Positions 1-13,065 of a DNA stretch of 64,000 nt are shown piece after piece. Made by a program: the position numbers and the translations under genes. The DNA comes from the human T2T-CHM13v2.0 reference genome, Homo sapiens. Numbering within the stretch: the stretch's first letter is position 1; each line of letters begins with the position of its first letter. The stretch lies in NCBI RefSeq assembly GCF_009914755.1, contig NC_060931.1. One strand, written 5' to 3'. Under the pieces are notes generated by a model. The model saw only the letters and a program-made list of their open reading frames with translations. It was not told the origin of the DNA and did no database searches.

Positions 1-1238
1 TTTCGAGTCCGTTTCCGTGTGTGAAAGGGTCTAACTCCATCATGTGCATGTGGCCCCTTTCCCTTTAAATCTTTGCAAGTCTCTTTTCTCGATCCATCCT
101 CACTCCATTAACTTTGTCGCAGTTTCCTTTGTGGAATGGAAACAGATTGTAGTCCTCAAAATCAGGTTGTTCCTGAAACTCTCTTCTAATCCAAATCCCC
201 CCAATTCTCTGCGGAGTTGGTGAGCCCATAACTGAGAATACATAACTCACAGTCCTCTTGAACACTGAGGGTGAAAGACGTTAGCATTCATTGTCTTTGT
301 ATCAATCATCATTTTAACATGGAAGGCAAATCCCCTTCCTCAGAAACACCAAAGACCTTCTGGAATTGCAAGCAAGCTTCAAGTTGACTAAGTGTGTTCA
401 CCTTCCTTCATCTAGCTGCCAGTGCACACTGAAATGGCTTGCATTGCGGGCAGCAGGAAGGATGATGATGAGAAATACAAAACCCCTATAACCACAAAGC
501 GGTGTGCAATCCCTGAGCAACCAAACCTTGGTAATGGGGGATGATGACCCCTTGGCACTCCTGAGCCACGAACTTTTCCTGACTCTATTCTTTCCTTTCC
601 AACTAGGAGTTACCCCGGTCACCACGTTCGCCCTTCTCAACCTGACTAAGTGGGCGTTAGCACTGTCCGCCCACTGCATGGGCACTACCTGCCCCAGTGT
701 CCTCTCCCCTCTCCGCTCTGTGCCATAGCCTTAGCTACCCTGGCCAGCTTTCTCCCAGCCAAGTCCTTCCTCCTTTCTGAATCTGGTCAGGGTCTCAAAG
801 ATCGTTAAAAAGCCGCCAAAGTTTGCAACTCGTCTTGAGTGGCTGCTCCTCCCAAACGGTTCTGCCTCTGGTGTCTTGTTCTAGGAGCGGTTGAATTCTC
901 TGTTTTGCTGTGGGTGCCAGCCTCTATCAGCCCCTGCCCTGGTCCATCTGTCAGCTTCAGGTAAGACTACCGGCTAGGAAATGGCCCCTTGTCCTTATCT
1001 CTGCCTCTAAAATATGCCACCTAAATTAACAGATCGTGGCATTGCATGGCTCGTCACAGAGAAGCCAAGGCAAATTCTTGTGGAAGGCGGCACTTGTCTG
1101 GAAACAGACTCAGGACAAGTGTGCTGCACAGCCAGCTTCCTCAAACCCACTCTCGCCACTGTAGCTGCCCACAGAGGCACCTCCCAAGCCATAGGCCCCT
1201 CCTAGGCCAGCTCAGGCCTCACCTTGTCCCTCCCTGCA

Positions 1239-1246
1239 GGGCGGGG
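1239..1246 (+). promoter_or_regulatory. AOC1: GC box (Sp/KLF) at the AOC1 proximal promoter
   Basis: GGGCGGGG lies immediately upstream of the inferred exon 1. No clear TATA box nearby. Confidence 0.5.
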
Positions 1247-1259
1247 TCTGATTGACTTC

Positions 1260-1328
1260 AAGAAGGAGTCAGAGATCAGCTTAAGGGCAAAGGCTGGAAG
1301 CAGAGCGAACTGGGAGCAGAGCACACAG
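1260..1328 (+). other. AOC1: AOC1 non-coding exon 1 (5' UTR); start approximate
   Basis: Ends CACAG|GTGCGT (donor GT at 1329). Joined to 5215 it gives ...GAGCACACAG-AGCCGTGGAGCGAGAG-ATG, matching the recalled AOC1 mRNA leader. Confidence 0.75.
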
Positions 1329-1734
1329 GTGCGTTCTGATGGGTATTCGGGAGAGTCAAGAAGGGGCTGACCTGGAGGACAGAAAAGCAGTGGAAGGAGG
1401 GCACAGAGTGAGGGGCAGAAGAAACAGGACACAGAGGGAGGAGGGCCAGGAAGTGAGGGCGGGAGCCCAGCACATCACAGAAGGTGCCCGGGTGCTTGGT
1501 GGCAGGCAACAGCCGGCCAGGGTGGAGTGGGGAAAGCTCAGAGAGGAGGGTGAGCAGGGAGAGGGCTTGCTTCCTGTTCCTGCCTGGAGGTCTCACCAGC
1601 CACCACCCCCACTGCCACTGCACATGGGGACAGAGGTTTGTCCTGGGGAAAGCAAAGGTCTCTTCCACATCTTTCTCCTTCCTGGAAAAGCAAAAAGAAA
1701 CGTGGGTATAAGAGGTTGTAAAAAAGGAGACCCA

Positions 1735-2185
1735 GCCGTGAAAGGACATGGAGGTACCCTAAATGCACACTGCCAAGCAAAAGAAGCCAATCTGAAAAGG
1801 CTGCAGACTGTAAGATTCCAAATACAGGACGTTCTGGAAAAGGCAAAACTATGGAGACAATAAAAAGAGCAGTGATTGCTAGGGTTTCGGAGGAAGAGGT
1901 GGAGCACAGAAGATTTTGGGGGAGGTGGAACTATTCTGTGTGATATTCTAATGGTGGATCCATGTCATTGTCCGTTTGTCCAACCCATAGAATATGCAGC
2001 AGCAAGAGTGAGTCCTGATGTAAACTGTGGGCTCTGGGTGAGAGTGATGTGCAGGTTCATCAGCCACAAATGTATGGCTCTGGTGTGGATATTGATAGTG
2101 GGGAGGCTGCGTGTGTAGGGGCTGTGAGTATACAGAAACTCTCAGTACCTTTCGCTCAATTTTGCTATGAACCTAAAATTCCTCT

Positions 2186-2190
<5 letters not shown>
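1735..2190 (+). mobile_element. Old L1 (L1MC-like) 3' end fragment in AOC1 intron 1
   Basis: GAAAAGGCAAAACTATGGAGACA and TGTCATTGTCCGTTTGTCCAACCCATAGAAT resemble the L1MC 3' UTR consensus. Confidence 0.7.
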
Positions 2191-2477
<287 letters not shown>

Positions 2478-2500
2478 AGTCTAATAAGAAGTCTATTTGG

Positions 2501-2795
<295 letters not shown>

Positions 2796-4509
2796 AGTCT
2801 ATTTAAAGAAGAAAAAAAAGAGGCCTGGCCAATATTTAATAGGAGAACACAAGAACTCACCTCATATCCTTCCTGCTGGCTCTGGGTTCCGCCTGCAGCC
2901 CCTGCCTCACCTGCTCCCTCCAGGTAAGCAGGGCCTCCGAGAGCCCAAGATCATGTGGGTTCCAGGGTCTTCTGCCAGCACCAGAGGGCAAGACAAGGCA
3001 ACTAGAGGGACATCCCCATGAGAGGCCATGACCATGGAGCAAAACGAGGGCAAGGGGAGAGCCCTCGGGGAGAGGGGCATGGGAAAGGGAGAGAAGGACA
3101 TCTCAGATCAGCCTTTACCGTGGCCTCCAGGGCTAGAGAGCCCTCGGGTGATGGAACAGGCCCAGCCAACACCTTTCATTTGTCTATGAATCAAGAACTG
3201 CCCATCGTGTACAAATTAAATACAAAGTGCTAAGGGGACTAGTGGAGAAGTATGTTAGTTGGGGCCAAAAACAGCATTCCTCGGCAGTGCGGGGTTTCAG
3301 CTGACCTCAAAAGGTGGCAAAGGATGTGACACTGGCCCAGAGTCGGGTGGGAAGGGACAATGTGCAGCTGAGCTTCTCTGGAGGAAAAAAGCCACGGGAA
3401 AACAGGGCCTCTAGTTAACACATGGGTTGTGTTCCCAATGCTTGTGCTTCGGAAATGTGATGTGTAAATGCATTTTCCAAAAACAAAAGCAAGAAATGAA
3501 AAGCGCTCATGATGGTCAGGTTTCCTCAGTGGGTCACTCCACGATACACCCAAAGTGGAGCTGCTGCACCTCAGTTACACCTCACACCCTGTGCCGCCGA
3601 CTTTCCAGGTGAAATCCTCGGGGCCTCCCTTGCAGGCAGCCTGGGCCCCCTGGGAAGAGGCTGGGCCAGGCAGAGGTCTGAGACAGGAGTGGATTAACCC
3701 TCTCTGCTACCTGTCTGTCTGCACAGGAGAACGAGTTTTCTCCAGGTTTACCCCCAGGGCTTCTGATTTAGGGAGCAAAAGGCAACTACCTATGAAAATA
3801 TGAAAACAAGGATCTCTCAGAGTCCAACCCACTCATGCATCCACCTTATAAATCAAGTGTCTGTGCCTCAGGCACTGCTTGCAGGAAGTGAAAAGCACAG
3901 CTGAGACAGGGAGGAATCCTGAAGCGGGGCTCCCAGCTCAACCCAGAGCCTTGAGGAAGGGGGTGCAAGGTGGCAAAGGCAGTGCTTCTGTAGGGAAATT
4001 TCACGGTGACGGCAGCCTTCCAGGGAGGCCCACATCACCTAGGAGGACAAGTTAGGGTCTGGAGAAACTAAGGCTGGGAGACAGCTCCAGCCAGCATCTG
4101 TAGCAACAGCGCAACAGGCAAGAGTAACAGTCTCCCAGAGACTCCGCACACAGCACATGGGAAGACAGAGCTGTGGCCACCACGTCTCCCAGCCCTGCAG
4201 GAGGCTCACAGCTACAAGCACAGGATTTTACAGCTGCTTGGGGAATGGGGTTATGAGGTGAAGACCCTGACCCACCCTCCCTGAGAAAGGAAAAGGCATC
4301 TTCCTAAGATGAAACCCTCCCTGAGGTCCCCTCCTAGTAGCCTTGGGTGGACAAGAGAGGTGAATGGGGCACAAAGAAGGCTAGGCAGGACTGGGCACCT
4401 CTACCTCACCCCCAAAGCCATCAGTCTGCAGCCTAGTCACACCTGAATCACTCTACATTGCGTAAAACTTTAAATGGGCTGGTGTCGATAGCCTGTATTT
4501 AACAAGAAG

Positions 4510-4760
4510 AGCAGCTAACATTTCTCATGTATTTCCCATATGGCAGACATTGTTACAAACACTTTATATTTACTGTTTAATTGATTTCTCTCCACAACCC
4601 TAGGAGCTAAGCACTGTTGTCATTATTTTCATTTTAAAACTAAGAACATGAAGGCCCAGAGAGTTTAAGCAGCGTGCCCAAGGCCACACAGCAAGTCCTA
4701 GTGGCATGAGTCACTGGGACTTGACTCAGACAGCCTGACTCTAGAGCCTACCTTTGAATT
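4510..4760 (-). mobile_element. MIR SINE
   Basis: CCCAGAGAGTTTAAGCAGCGTGCCCAAGGCCACACAGC matches the reverse-complement MIR core. Confidence 0.75.
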
Positions 4761-5230
4761 TCTACACTAAATTTCAAAATCTGTCTACCTAAAAGGTATT
4801 TCGTTGTGTCAGAAATGTAGTTTTGCTGTTAATACAGGTGTCTTCTTCTCCAGGACACAAGAAGCACCTGGGGGCATGTGCAGGGGCCCAGCCTGGCCTC
4901 TGTGACTCACGGCACCCCTGGCTGAGATAATACACAAAAACAAGGGTGTTCCCCTGAGTAAGGAAGGCTGCAGGACTGAAGGACATTTACAGAGGAGTGA
5001 GGAGAGGGCAGAAATAAATGGATGGATGCACAGGCAGCGGCCCGACGGCGCTGGGGACTATGCATGGGGCCCCAGCTGCCCCAGGACAGCCTCCAGCTTG
5101 GGGCAGGGCAAGGGGAGGAAGCTCAGTCCATGGGAAAATTCCATGGCCCTAACCTGAGGGAAGCCCATCTCTGCCCATAAGACAACTAAGTTCATCTCCT
5201 CTATTGCATTCCAGAGCCGTGGAGCGAGAG

Positions 5231-6800
5231 ATGCCGGCCCTGGGCTGGGCCGTGGCTGCCATCCTGATGCTGCAGACGGCCATGGCGGAGCCCTCCCCGG
5301 GGACTCTGCCCAGGAAGGCAGGGGTGTTTTCAGACCTAAGCAACCAAGAGCTGAAGGCAGTGCACAGCTTCCTCTGGTCCAAGAAGGAGCTGAGGCTGCA
5401 GCCCTCCAGTACCACCACCATGGCCAAGAACACCGTGTTTCTCATCGAGATGCTGCTGCCCAAGAAGTACCATGTGCTGAGGTTTCTGGATAAAGGTGAA
5501 AGGCATCCTGTGCGGGAAGCCCGTGCCGTCATCTTCTTTGGTGACCAGGAGCATCCCAATGTCACCGAGTTTGCTGTGGGGCCCCTGCCAGGGCCCTGCT
5601 ACATGCGAGCACTGTCCCCCAGGCCTGGGTACCAGTCCTCCTGGGCATCGAGGCCCATCTCCACAGCAGAGTATGCCCTCCTCTACCACACCCTGCAGGA
5701 AGCCACCAAGCCCCTGCATCAGTTCTTCCTCAATACCACAGGCTTCTCATTCCAAGACTGCCATGACAGATGCCTGGCCTTCACCGATGTGGCCCCCCGG
5801 GGTGTGGCTTCTGGCCAGCGCCGCAGTTGGCTTATCATACAGCGCTATGTAGAAGGCTACTTTCTGCACCCCACTGGGCTGGAGCTCCTCGTGGATCATG
5901 GGAGCACAGATGCTGGGCACTGGGCCGTGGAGCAGGTGTGGTACAACGGGAAGTTCTATGGGAGCCCAGAGGAACTGGCTCGGAAGTATGCAGATGGAGA
6001 GGTGGACGTGGTGGTCCTGGAGGACCCGCTGCCTGGGGGCAAGGGGCATGACAGCACAGAGGAGCCGCCCCTCTTCTCCTCCCACAAGCCCCGCGGGGAC
6101 TTCCCCAGCCCCATCCATGTGAGCGGCCCCCGCTTGGTCCAGCCCCACGGCCCTCGCTTCAGGCTGGAGGGCAACGCTGTGCTCTACGGCGGCTGGAGCT
6201 TTGCCTTCCGGCTGCGCTCCTCCTCCGGGCTGCAGGTCCTGAACGTGCACTTCGGCGGAGAGCGCATTGCCTATGAGGTCAGCGTGCAAGAGGCAGTGGC
6301 GCTGTATGGAGGACACACACCTGCAGGCATGCAGACCAAGTACCTCGATGTCGGCTGGGGCCTGGGCAGCGTCACTCATGAGTTAGCCCCCGGCATCGAC
6401 TGCCCGGAGACCGCCACCTTCCTGGACACTTTCCACTACTATGATGCCGATGACCCGGTCCATTATCCCCGAGCCCTCTGCCTCTTTGAAATGCCCACAG
6501 GGGTGCCCCTTCGGCGGCACTTTAATTCCAACTTTAAAGGTGGCTTCAACTTCTATGCAGGGCTGAAGGGCCAGGTGCTGGTGCTGCGGACAACTTCAAC
6601 TGTCTACAATTATGATTACATTTGGGACTTTATCTTCTACCCCAACGGGGTGATGGAGGCCAAGATGCATGCCACTGGCTACGTCCACGCCACCTTCTAC
6701 ACCCCCGAGGGGCTGCGCCACGGCACTCGCCTGCACACCCACCTGATTGGCAACATACACACTCACTTGGTGCACTACCGCGTAGACCTGGATGTGGCAG
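5231..6800 (+). CDS. AOC1: AOC1 exon 2 coding part (exon starts 5215): signal peptide, catalytic Asp373, TPQ precursor Tyr461, Cu ligands His510/His512
   Basis: Acceptor TTCCAG|AG at 5214/5215 and ATG at 5231 ([19 protein letters not shown] signal peptide). GAT Asp373 at 6347, T-x-x-N-Y-D motif with TAT at 6611, H-T-H at 6758-6766. Donor GCAG|GTAGG after 6800. 1570 nt. Confidence 0.98.
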
Positions 6801-7522
6801 GTAGGACTCAAAGCGAGACTCTCCCGTTCAAACATCTGCATCCAGCCAATAACTTAAACTCCCAGGAGACGGCACTATAACTCCCTGGTGGTGGAAAGTT
6901 AGGAGCATTTGCCAAGCCTGCTTCTGTAAAACCTAAAGCTAGAAATTTGTGTGTCCCTGAAAAATGGTGAAAGCGAACAGTGCCGAGGGTTGCCCTGGAT
7001 GCAACAGTGTGGACCCTGTCCTGACCCTGGGGCTGTGCATGGGGCAAGGGAGGGGACGGTGCCTATGAGGGTAAGAAATGTCACTGTCTAGCGCTTTGAG
7101 ATGGAGTGTAGTATTGTCTGGGAATATTCAGGGTGTCTCCTGGATGATATCACCATAAAAGAATGGCATGGGTAGAATAACTAATGCTGCCAGACCCAAC
7201 AAGGCCACCAGGACCACATGGGCGGCTCCTACCCCTCAGCCCCAGTCACCTCTCTGGACAGAGCCTCCCATGCCTGGAGAAAAATGGGTGCCCCTGCTCT
7301 AGGATTGCAGCCACAGCAGATGGGCATGAGCACAGCTCTTGAGAGGAACTTCCCAGAGTGGTAATGGAATCACCACAGCCGCCCAGGGCATCCCCCAACA
7401 TCCCGGTTATTCAAGACAGTTGGCTGTTGGATGTGGTGGAGGATGGAGATCCTGGGGTAGAATGAGGAGGTTTCAGTTCTGGCAGCTTGATTCTCGTTCT
7501 CCTTCTCCCTGCATACCTCCAG

Positions 7523-7808
7523 GCACCAAGAACAGCTTCCAGACACTGCAGATGAAGCTAGAAAACATCACCAACCCCTGGAGCCCGAGACACCGCGTGG
7601 TCCAGCCAACTCTGGAGCAGACGCAGTACTCCTGGGAGCGCCAGGCGGCCTTCCGCTTCAAAAGGAAGCTGCCCAAGTACCTGCTCTTTACCAGCCCCCA
7701 GGAGAACCCCTGGGGCCACAAGCGCAGCTACCGCCTGCAGATCCACTCCATGGCCGACCAGGTGCTGCCCCCAGGCTGGCAGGAGGAGCAGGCCATCACC
7801 TGGGCAAG
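7523..7808 (+). CDS. AOC1: AOC1 exon 3 (contains the basic RFKRKLPK heparin-binding motif)
   Basis: Acceptor CTCCAG|GC, donor AAG|GTGAG. 286 nt, phase-compatible with exons 2 and 4. Translates (G)[13 protein letters not shown]...AITWA(R). Confidence 0.97.
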
Positions 7809-8181
7809 GTGAGGAAGACCCAGGGGGCCTGGGGGAGGGTCAGTGGCTTCCCTCAGTGTGTGTGTCTGTGTCTGTCTGTGTTTGTGTCTATGGGGTTCCT
7901 AGTCTATGTGGATATACACATATACGTATGTGTATATCTGTGTGTACAATTGACCCTGAACAATATGGGGGGTAGGGGTGCCAACCCCCCAAAGCAGTAA
8001 AGAAGCCAAGTGTAACTATGACTCCCCCACAACGTAACTACGAATAGCCTACTGTTAACCGGAAGCCTTACCACTAACAGAAACATTCCGTGAACACATA
8101 TTTTGTAGGTTCTGTGTGTCAGATACTGTGTTCTTACAATAAAGTAAGCTAGAGAAAAGAAAATGTTATTAATAAAATCCT

Positions 8182-8990
<809 letters not shown>

Positions 8991-9264
8991 GACCCATGCA
9001 GCTCACACCTGTGTTGTGCAAGGGTTGCCTGCTGTTCTGGGCCTGTGTCTCTGTGCATTTGGGGAGGGGGGCGGGGAGGACTCCTGTGGGTCACCTGAAC
9101 CCGGTTAACAGCAGCCCGTCCTGCTGACTCCCAGGACAGATGATCTCTCATCTTGGGGAAGGCAATCATCTTCCTCTATTCTGACCCTGAGGCTGTTCCC
9201 TGGGCAGGACTGAGGGGGGCCAGCCCAGGGCCCTGAGCCAAGCTGCTTCGCCTGTGCCTGGCAG

Positions 9265-9397
9265 GTACCCCCTGGCAGTGACCAAGTACCGGGAGTCAGA
9301 GCTGTGCAGCAGCAGCATCTACCACCAGAACGACCCCTGGGACCCGCCCGTGGTCTTTGAGCAGTTTCTTCACAACAACGAGAACATTGAAAATGAG
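9265..9397 (+). CDS. AOC1: AOC1 exon 4 (alternative upstream acceptor at 9208 adds 19 aa)
   Basis: Acceptor GGCAG|GTAC, donor GAG|GTACT. 133 nt, translates [12 protein letters not shown]...NENIENE. Confidence 0.96.
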
Positions 9398-9706
9398 GTA
9401 CTGCCCTGTCCCCAGCCCTGCCCAGTGCTGGCCCTGCCTCCTTCCAGCTCAGCCCAGGACCATCCTCATCACCATCAGGGAGTCCCAACCACCCTTTGCC
9501 CAGATCTGTCCCCAGTCGCAGGAGCTGTGCCTTGCTGTGTGGACGGCAAGTTCAGAGGTCACAACAGAGCTGCTCATCTCTTTAAAAAGGGGCTGGAGAG
9601 GAATTCAGCAAGTTTCCAGGCAGAACTGAAAATGACCAAAGGCTAGAGTGGCCTCCAGTGGTCAGTACTCAGCCCTGCCCACTGAAGCCCACCCTGTCTC
9701 CTGCAG

Positions 9707-9973
9707 GACCTGGTGGCCTGGGTGACGGTGGGCTTCCTGCACATCCCCCACTCAGAGGACATTCCCAACACAGCCACACCTGGGAACTCCGTGGGCTTCC
9801 TGCTCCGGCCATTCAACTTCTTCCCAGAGGACCCCTCCCTGGCATCCAGAGACACTGTGATCGTGTGGCCTCGGGACAACGGCCCCAACTACGTCCAGCG
9901 CTGGATCCCTGAGGACAGGGACTGCTCGATGCCTCCCCCTTTTAGCTACAATGGGACCTATAGACCTGTGTGA
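9707..9973 (+). CDS. AOC1: AOC1 exon 5 coding part; third Cu ligand His675; stop TGA
   Basis: Acceptor CTGCAG|[21 protein letters not shown] is the conserved copper amine oxidase C-terminal motif (CAC at 9740). Total CDS 1570+286+133+267=2256 nt. Confidence 0.97.
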   Translation, partial: DLVAWVTVGFLHIPHSEDIPNTATPGNSVGFLLRPFNFFPEDPSLASRDTVIVWPRDNGPNYVQRWIPEDRDCSMPPPFSYNGTYRPV

Positions 9974-10034
9974 CCAGCCCCCAGTTCCTCCCCCAGTTCC
10001 TCCCAGGAAGCCCAGGAGCCTCACTGGGGCAGAC

Positions 10035-10040
10035 AATAAA
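10035..10040 (+). terminator. AOC1: AOC1 polyadenylation signal
   Basis: AATAAA ~60 nt after the stop codon, followed by GT/T-rich sequence (CTCTGTGTGCTGCTTCTT). Confidence 0.85.
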
Positions 10041-10103
10041 CCCTCAGAGCCTCGCTCTGTGTGCTGCTTCTTGCAGGGAGGCACAGGGCCATGTGTGTAG
10101 GAA

Positions 10104-10222
10104 ACACACGAACAGACGTGCACACACACACAGACGTGCACACACACACAGACATGCACACACACACAGACGTGCACACACACAGACGTGCACGCACTCA
10201 CACGGACATGCACACACATGGC
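10104..10222. repeat. CA-rich minisatellite (CACACACAGACGTGCA-like units) just 3' of AOC1
   Basis: Seen directly. Confidence 0.85.
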
Positions 10223-10335
10223 ATGTACTTTATTCACACTGGTCTACTGCAGTCCAGAAAAGCCACCATTACTAACAAAAAGGAAGCTCGCTGAAATCCT
10301 GCACCTATCAGATTGTTTTTTTAAAATCTGAGACT

Positions 10336-10635
10336 GGCCAGGCACGGTGGCTCACGCTGGTAATCCCAGCACTTTGGGAGGCTGAGGCGGGAGGATGGGA
10401 GGATCACTTGAGTCCAGGAGTTCAAGACCAGCCTGAGCAACACGCTAAACCCCATCTCTCCTAAAAAATACAAAAAAAATTAGCCAGGCAGGGCAGCATA
10501 CGCCTGTAGTCCTGGGGCAGAGGGGCTTAGATAGGAAGATCTCTTGAGCTGAGAAGCCGAGATCACGCCACTGCACTCCAGCCTGGGCAACACAGACACA
10601 GTGAGACCCTGTCTCAAAAAAAAAAAAAAAAAAAA
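10336..10635 (+). mobile_element. AluJ
   Basis: Diverged dimeric Alu; TSD AAAATCTGAGA. Confidence 0.88.
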
Positions 10636-10759
10636 TCTGAGAGTGACAACTTTCTCTTGGGGAGGCTGCAAGGGAATTTCCCAGTGTCAGTGACAGGCTT
10701 GCAAAATGGCACAACCATAGAGAAGATGCTACAGGGAGATCTAGCAGGATCACCATGCC

Positions 10760-11170
10760 TTTATCCATTGGCACACTGGCCCAACCTCAGGGGGTTTATC
10801 CCCAAGATCCACCTGTAAACACAGGAACGACATATGTACAAAGTGATTCATTGCAGCATTGTTTGTAACAGCGAAAGTCTGGAAACAACCAAATTCTCAT
10901 CTGTAGAAAACCCCAATTGAATGAACTGTGGCACAACCTCACAGTGCAATTCTAGCTGATTGTAAAAGAAACACACGAATGAGGATACTCTGTGTGCTGA
11001 TAGGGCAAAACTTCAGGCCATAGCAAGTAAGAAAAGAGAAGAGGCATAGAATAATACAGACAGCATGCTAACTTTGCATGAGAAAGGACAGGAGTTTCCC
11101 TAGACTGGTCTCCATGTAGACGACAGGGAAGCATGGTGGATGAGAACAGGGATAGGAGCAGGCTTTCTTC
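10760..11170 (+). mobile_element. Old L1 (L1ME-like) fragment
   Basis: TTCATTGCAGCATTGTTTGTAACAGCGAAAGTCTGGAAACAACC is the L1 ORF2-end/3' UTR motif. Confidence 0.65.
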
Positions 11171-11629
11171 ATGGAAACCTTTCTATTGAGTTGTTAGGGG
11201 TTTTGTTGTTTTGTTTGCTTGCTTTTGGGGACAGAAGGGGAATGATGGAGAGGGCCGGGCCACGGGCTGGCCAGGTAGGGAGATAGAGGCTGGGGAGAAA
11301 GCAGAGTGGCCTGGCCAGACGCTATGGGGATGGGGATGGGGCAAGGAGGGTCTCCTCCCTCCCTCTGGAGCTGAGGGAGCCCCAAGTGTCCCGGCCATGG
11401 CACATGGCCCAGGAAAGCACTAACTGCAGAAACCCAGGTGCCACAGCCTCTCGCCCCAGTGCTATGTTATTTTTATTTTTGAATCGTGAGAATGTATTAC
11501 CTATTCAAAAAACTGAAATCTAAATTTTACAAGAGGGAGGAAGGGAGGAAATGAGGGAGGGAAAGAGAGAAAGAAAAATGAAACTCTAATTGCTGATGTG
11601 TGGTACTATAGTAGCTGGCCAGGATGGAT

Positions 11630-12068
11630 GGGGTAGATAGAATAATGCCCTCCACCCCCCACTAATGATGTCCACATCCTGATCCCTGGGACCTGTGGAT
11701 CTGTTACCTTACATGCACTAGGAAGGAATTCTGTGGGCATGATTAAGGTAAGGATCTTGAGATGGGAAATTATCCTGGATCATCCAGGTGGGCTTGAGTA
11801 ATCACAAGGCCCTTGTGAGCGGGAGACAGGAGAGAAGAGAGGAGAGAAGATGCCACACTGCTGGCTGTGAAGATGACAGAAGGGGCCACAAGCCAAGGAA
11901 TGTAAGCGACCTCTAGAAACTGGAAAAGACAAGGAAACAGATTTTCCCCTAGAGCCTCCATTAGGAACAAGGCCCTGAAGACCTCAGATGGTAAGAGAAT
12001 GCAATGGTGTTGTTTGAGGCCACTAAGTTTGTGGTACTGTGTTTATAGCAGCCATAGGAGCTAATACA
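11630..12068 (+). mobile_element. MaLR solo LTR (MLT1D-like)
   Basis: GATGTCCACATCCTGATCCCTGG, GGATCTTGAGATGGGAAATTATCCTGGAT and terminal AGCTAATACA. Confidence 0.8.
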
Positions 12069-13065
12069 ATGGATGTGGAGTTTTCTATCATGGGGAACCA
12101 CTGACAGAGGAAAGCAGACAAGCGAACAGATGGGGGATCTCACACTGTCCCTCCCAGCCCTGCTCAGAGCTCAGTCACCCACAGCCAGCCGCAGAACCAG
12201 GAACCAGTGACAGGGAGGCAGGAACAGGGGAGTCAGGTCATGTGGGGCAGGGTCCTGGATCTTTTCAAACTGGACAATTCAATAGAACAGATTCCAGCCT
12301 TTCTCTCCCTCCAAGAAGACAGAAAGGAAGGGTGTGCGTGGTTTTGATAAACATTTCAAGGGGGTGCAGGACACCAGAGGCTCAGGGGCTCCTTTACACA
12401 CTGAGATGTGGGTGTATGACTGTCATCACCCACCATACCAAGGGCAGCTAGAAGACCAAAGGCATTGCTTACTTTACCTGGGTGATTTTTCATAGTTGTT
12501 TGTTGGTGTTGTGCATTCAGCGGGCACTCAGCAGTCCTTGTTGAGTGACTAACGGCTGAGAGCCTCAGAAATACAAGCCTCAAGTCACATTCTCACTTCC
12601 CTGCCCTGTTGAGTCTTTGCACTTTGCCCCACATAATTATTCTGGCCATTCCTGTGGCCACCACAGTGCCATCTCCCAACACCATCCACCCCTAACAAGA
12701 TGGCAGAAGGACCTGACTTCACCCCTGAGAAAGCAGCCCCAAGAATCCCAGGGCCCCTTCCCTTCCTCCCAGGCCCCATCTCTAATGGTCCTAACAGGTA
12801 CTACTTTCCCCCTCCTCCCCTGAGGCCCCGGCTTCTACTTTTCAGCATTTCTCACTGTTCCTCCTTCCCTTAAGCAGAATGTAACTGGCCTGGGACACAA
12901 AGACAAGGAAGATGAAGTCCCCGACCTCAAGATGTCCACAGTCACAGGGGTGACAGCCCAGAGCGACAGACAGGGAGGGACAGACAGGGAAGCCTGAGGG
13001 CTCCTGTACCGAGGCGGGGATGTCCTCGGATGCTCATCCTCTGTTTCCTAATAAAAACTGGAAGT

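Noticed and set aside
5747-6379. 210 aa antisense ORF within exon 2
   Set aside because: Expected shadow of a GC-rich coding exon; no recognisable domain.
5204-6880. 558 aa ORF as a complete single-exon protein
   Set aside because: It starts at a TTG in intron 1 and reads through the donor at 6800. The true start is ATG 5231, and the third Cu ligand is in exon 5.
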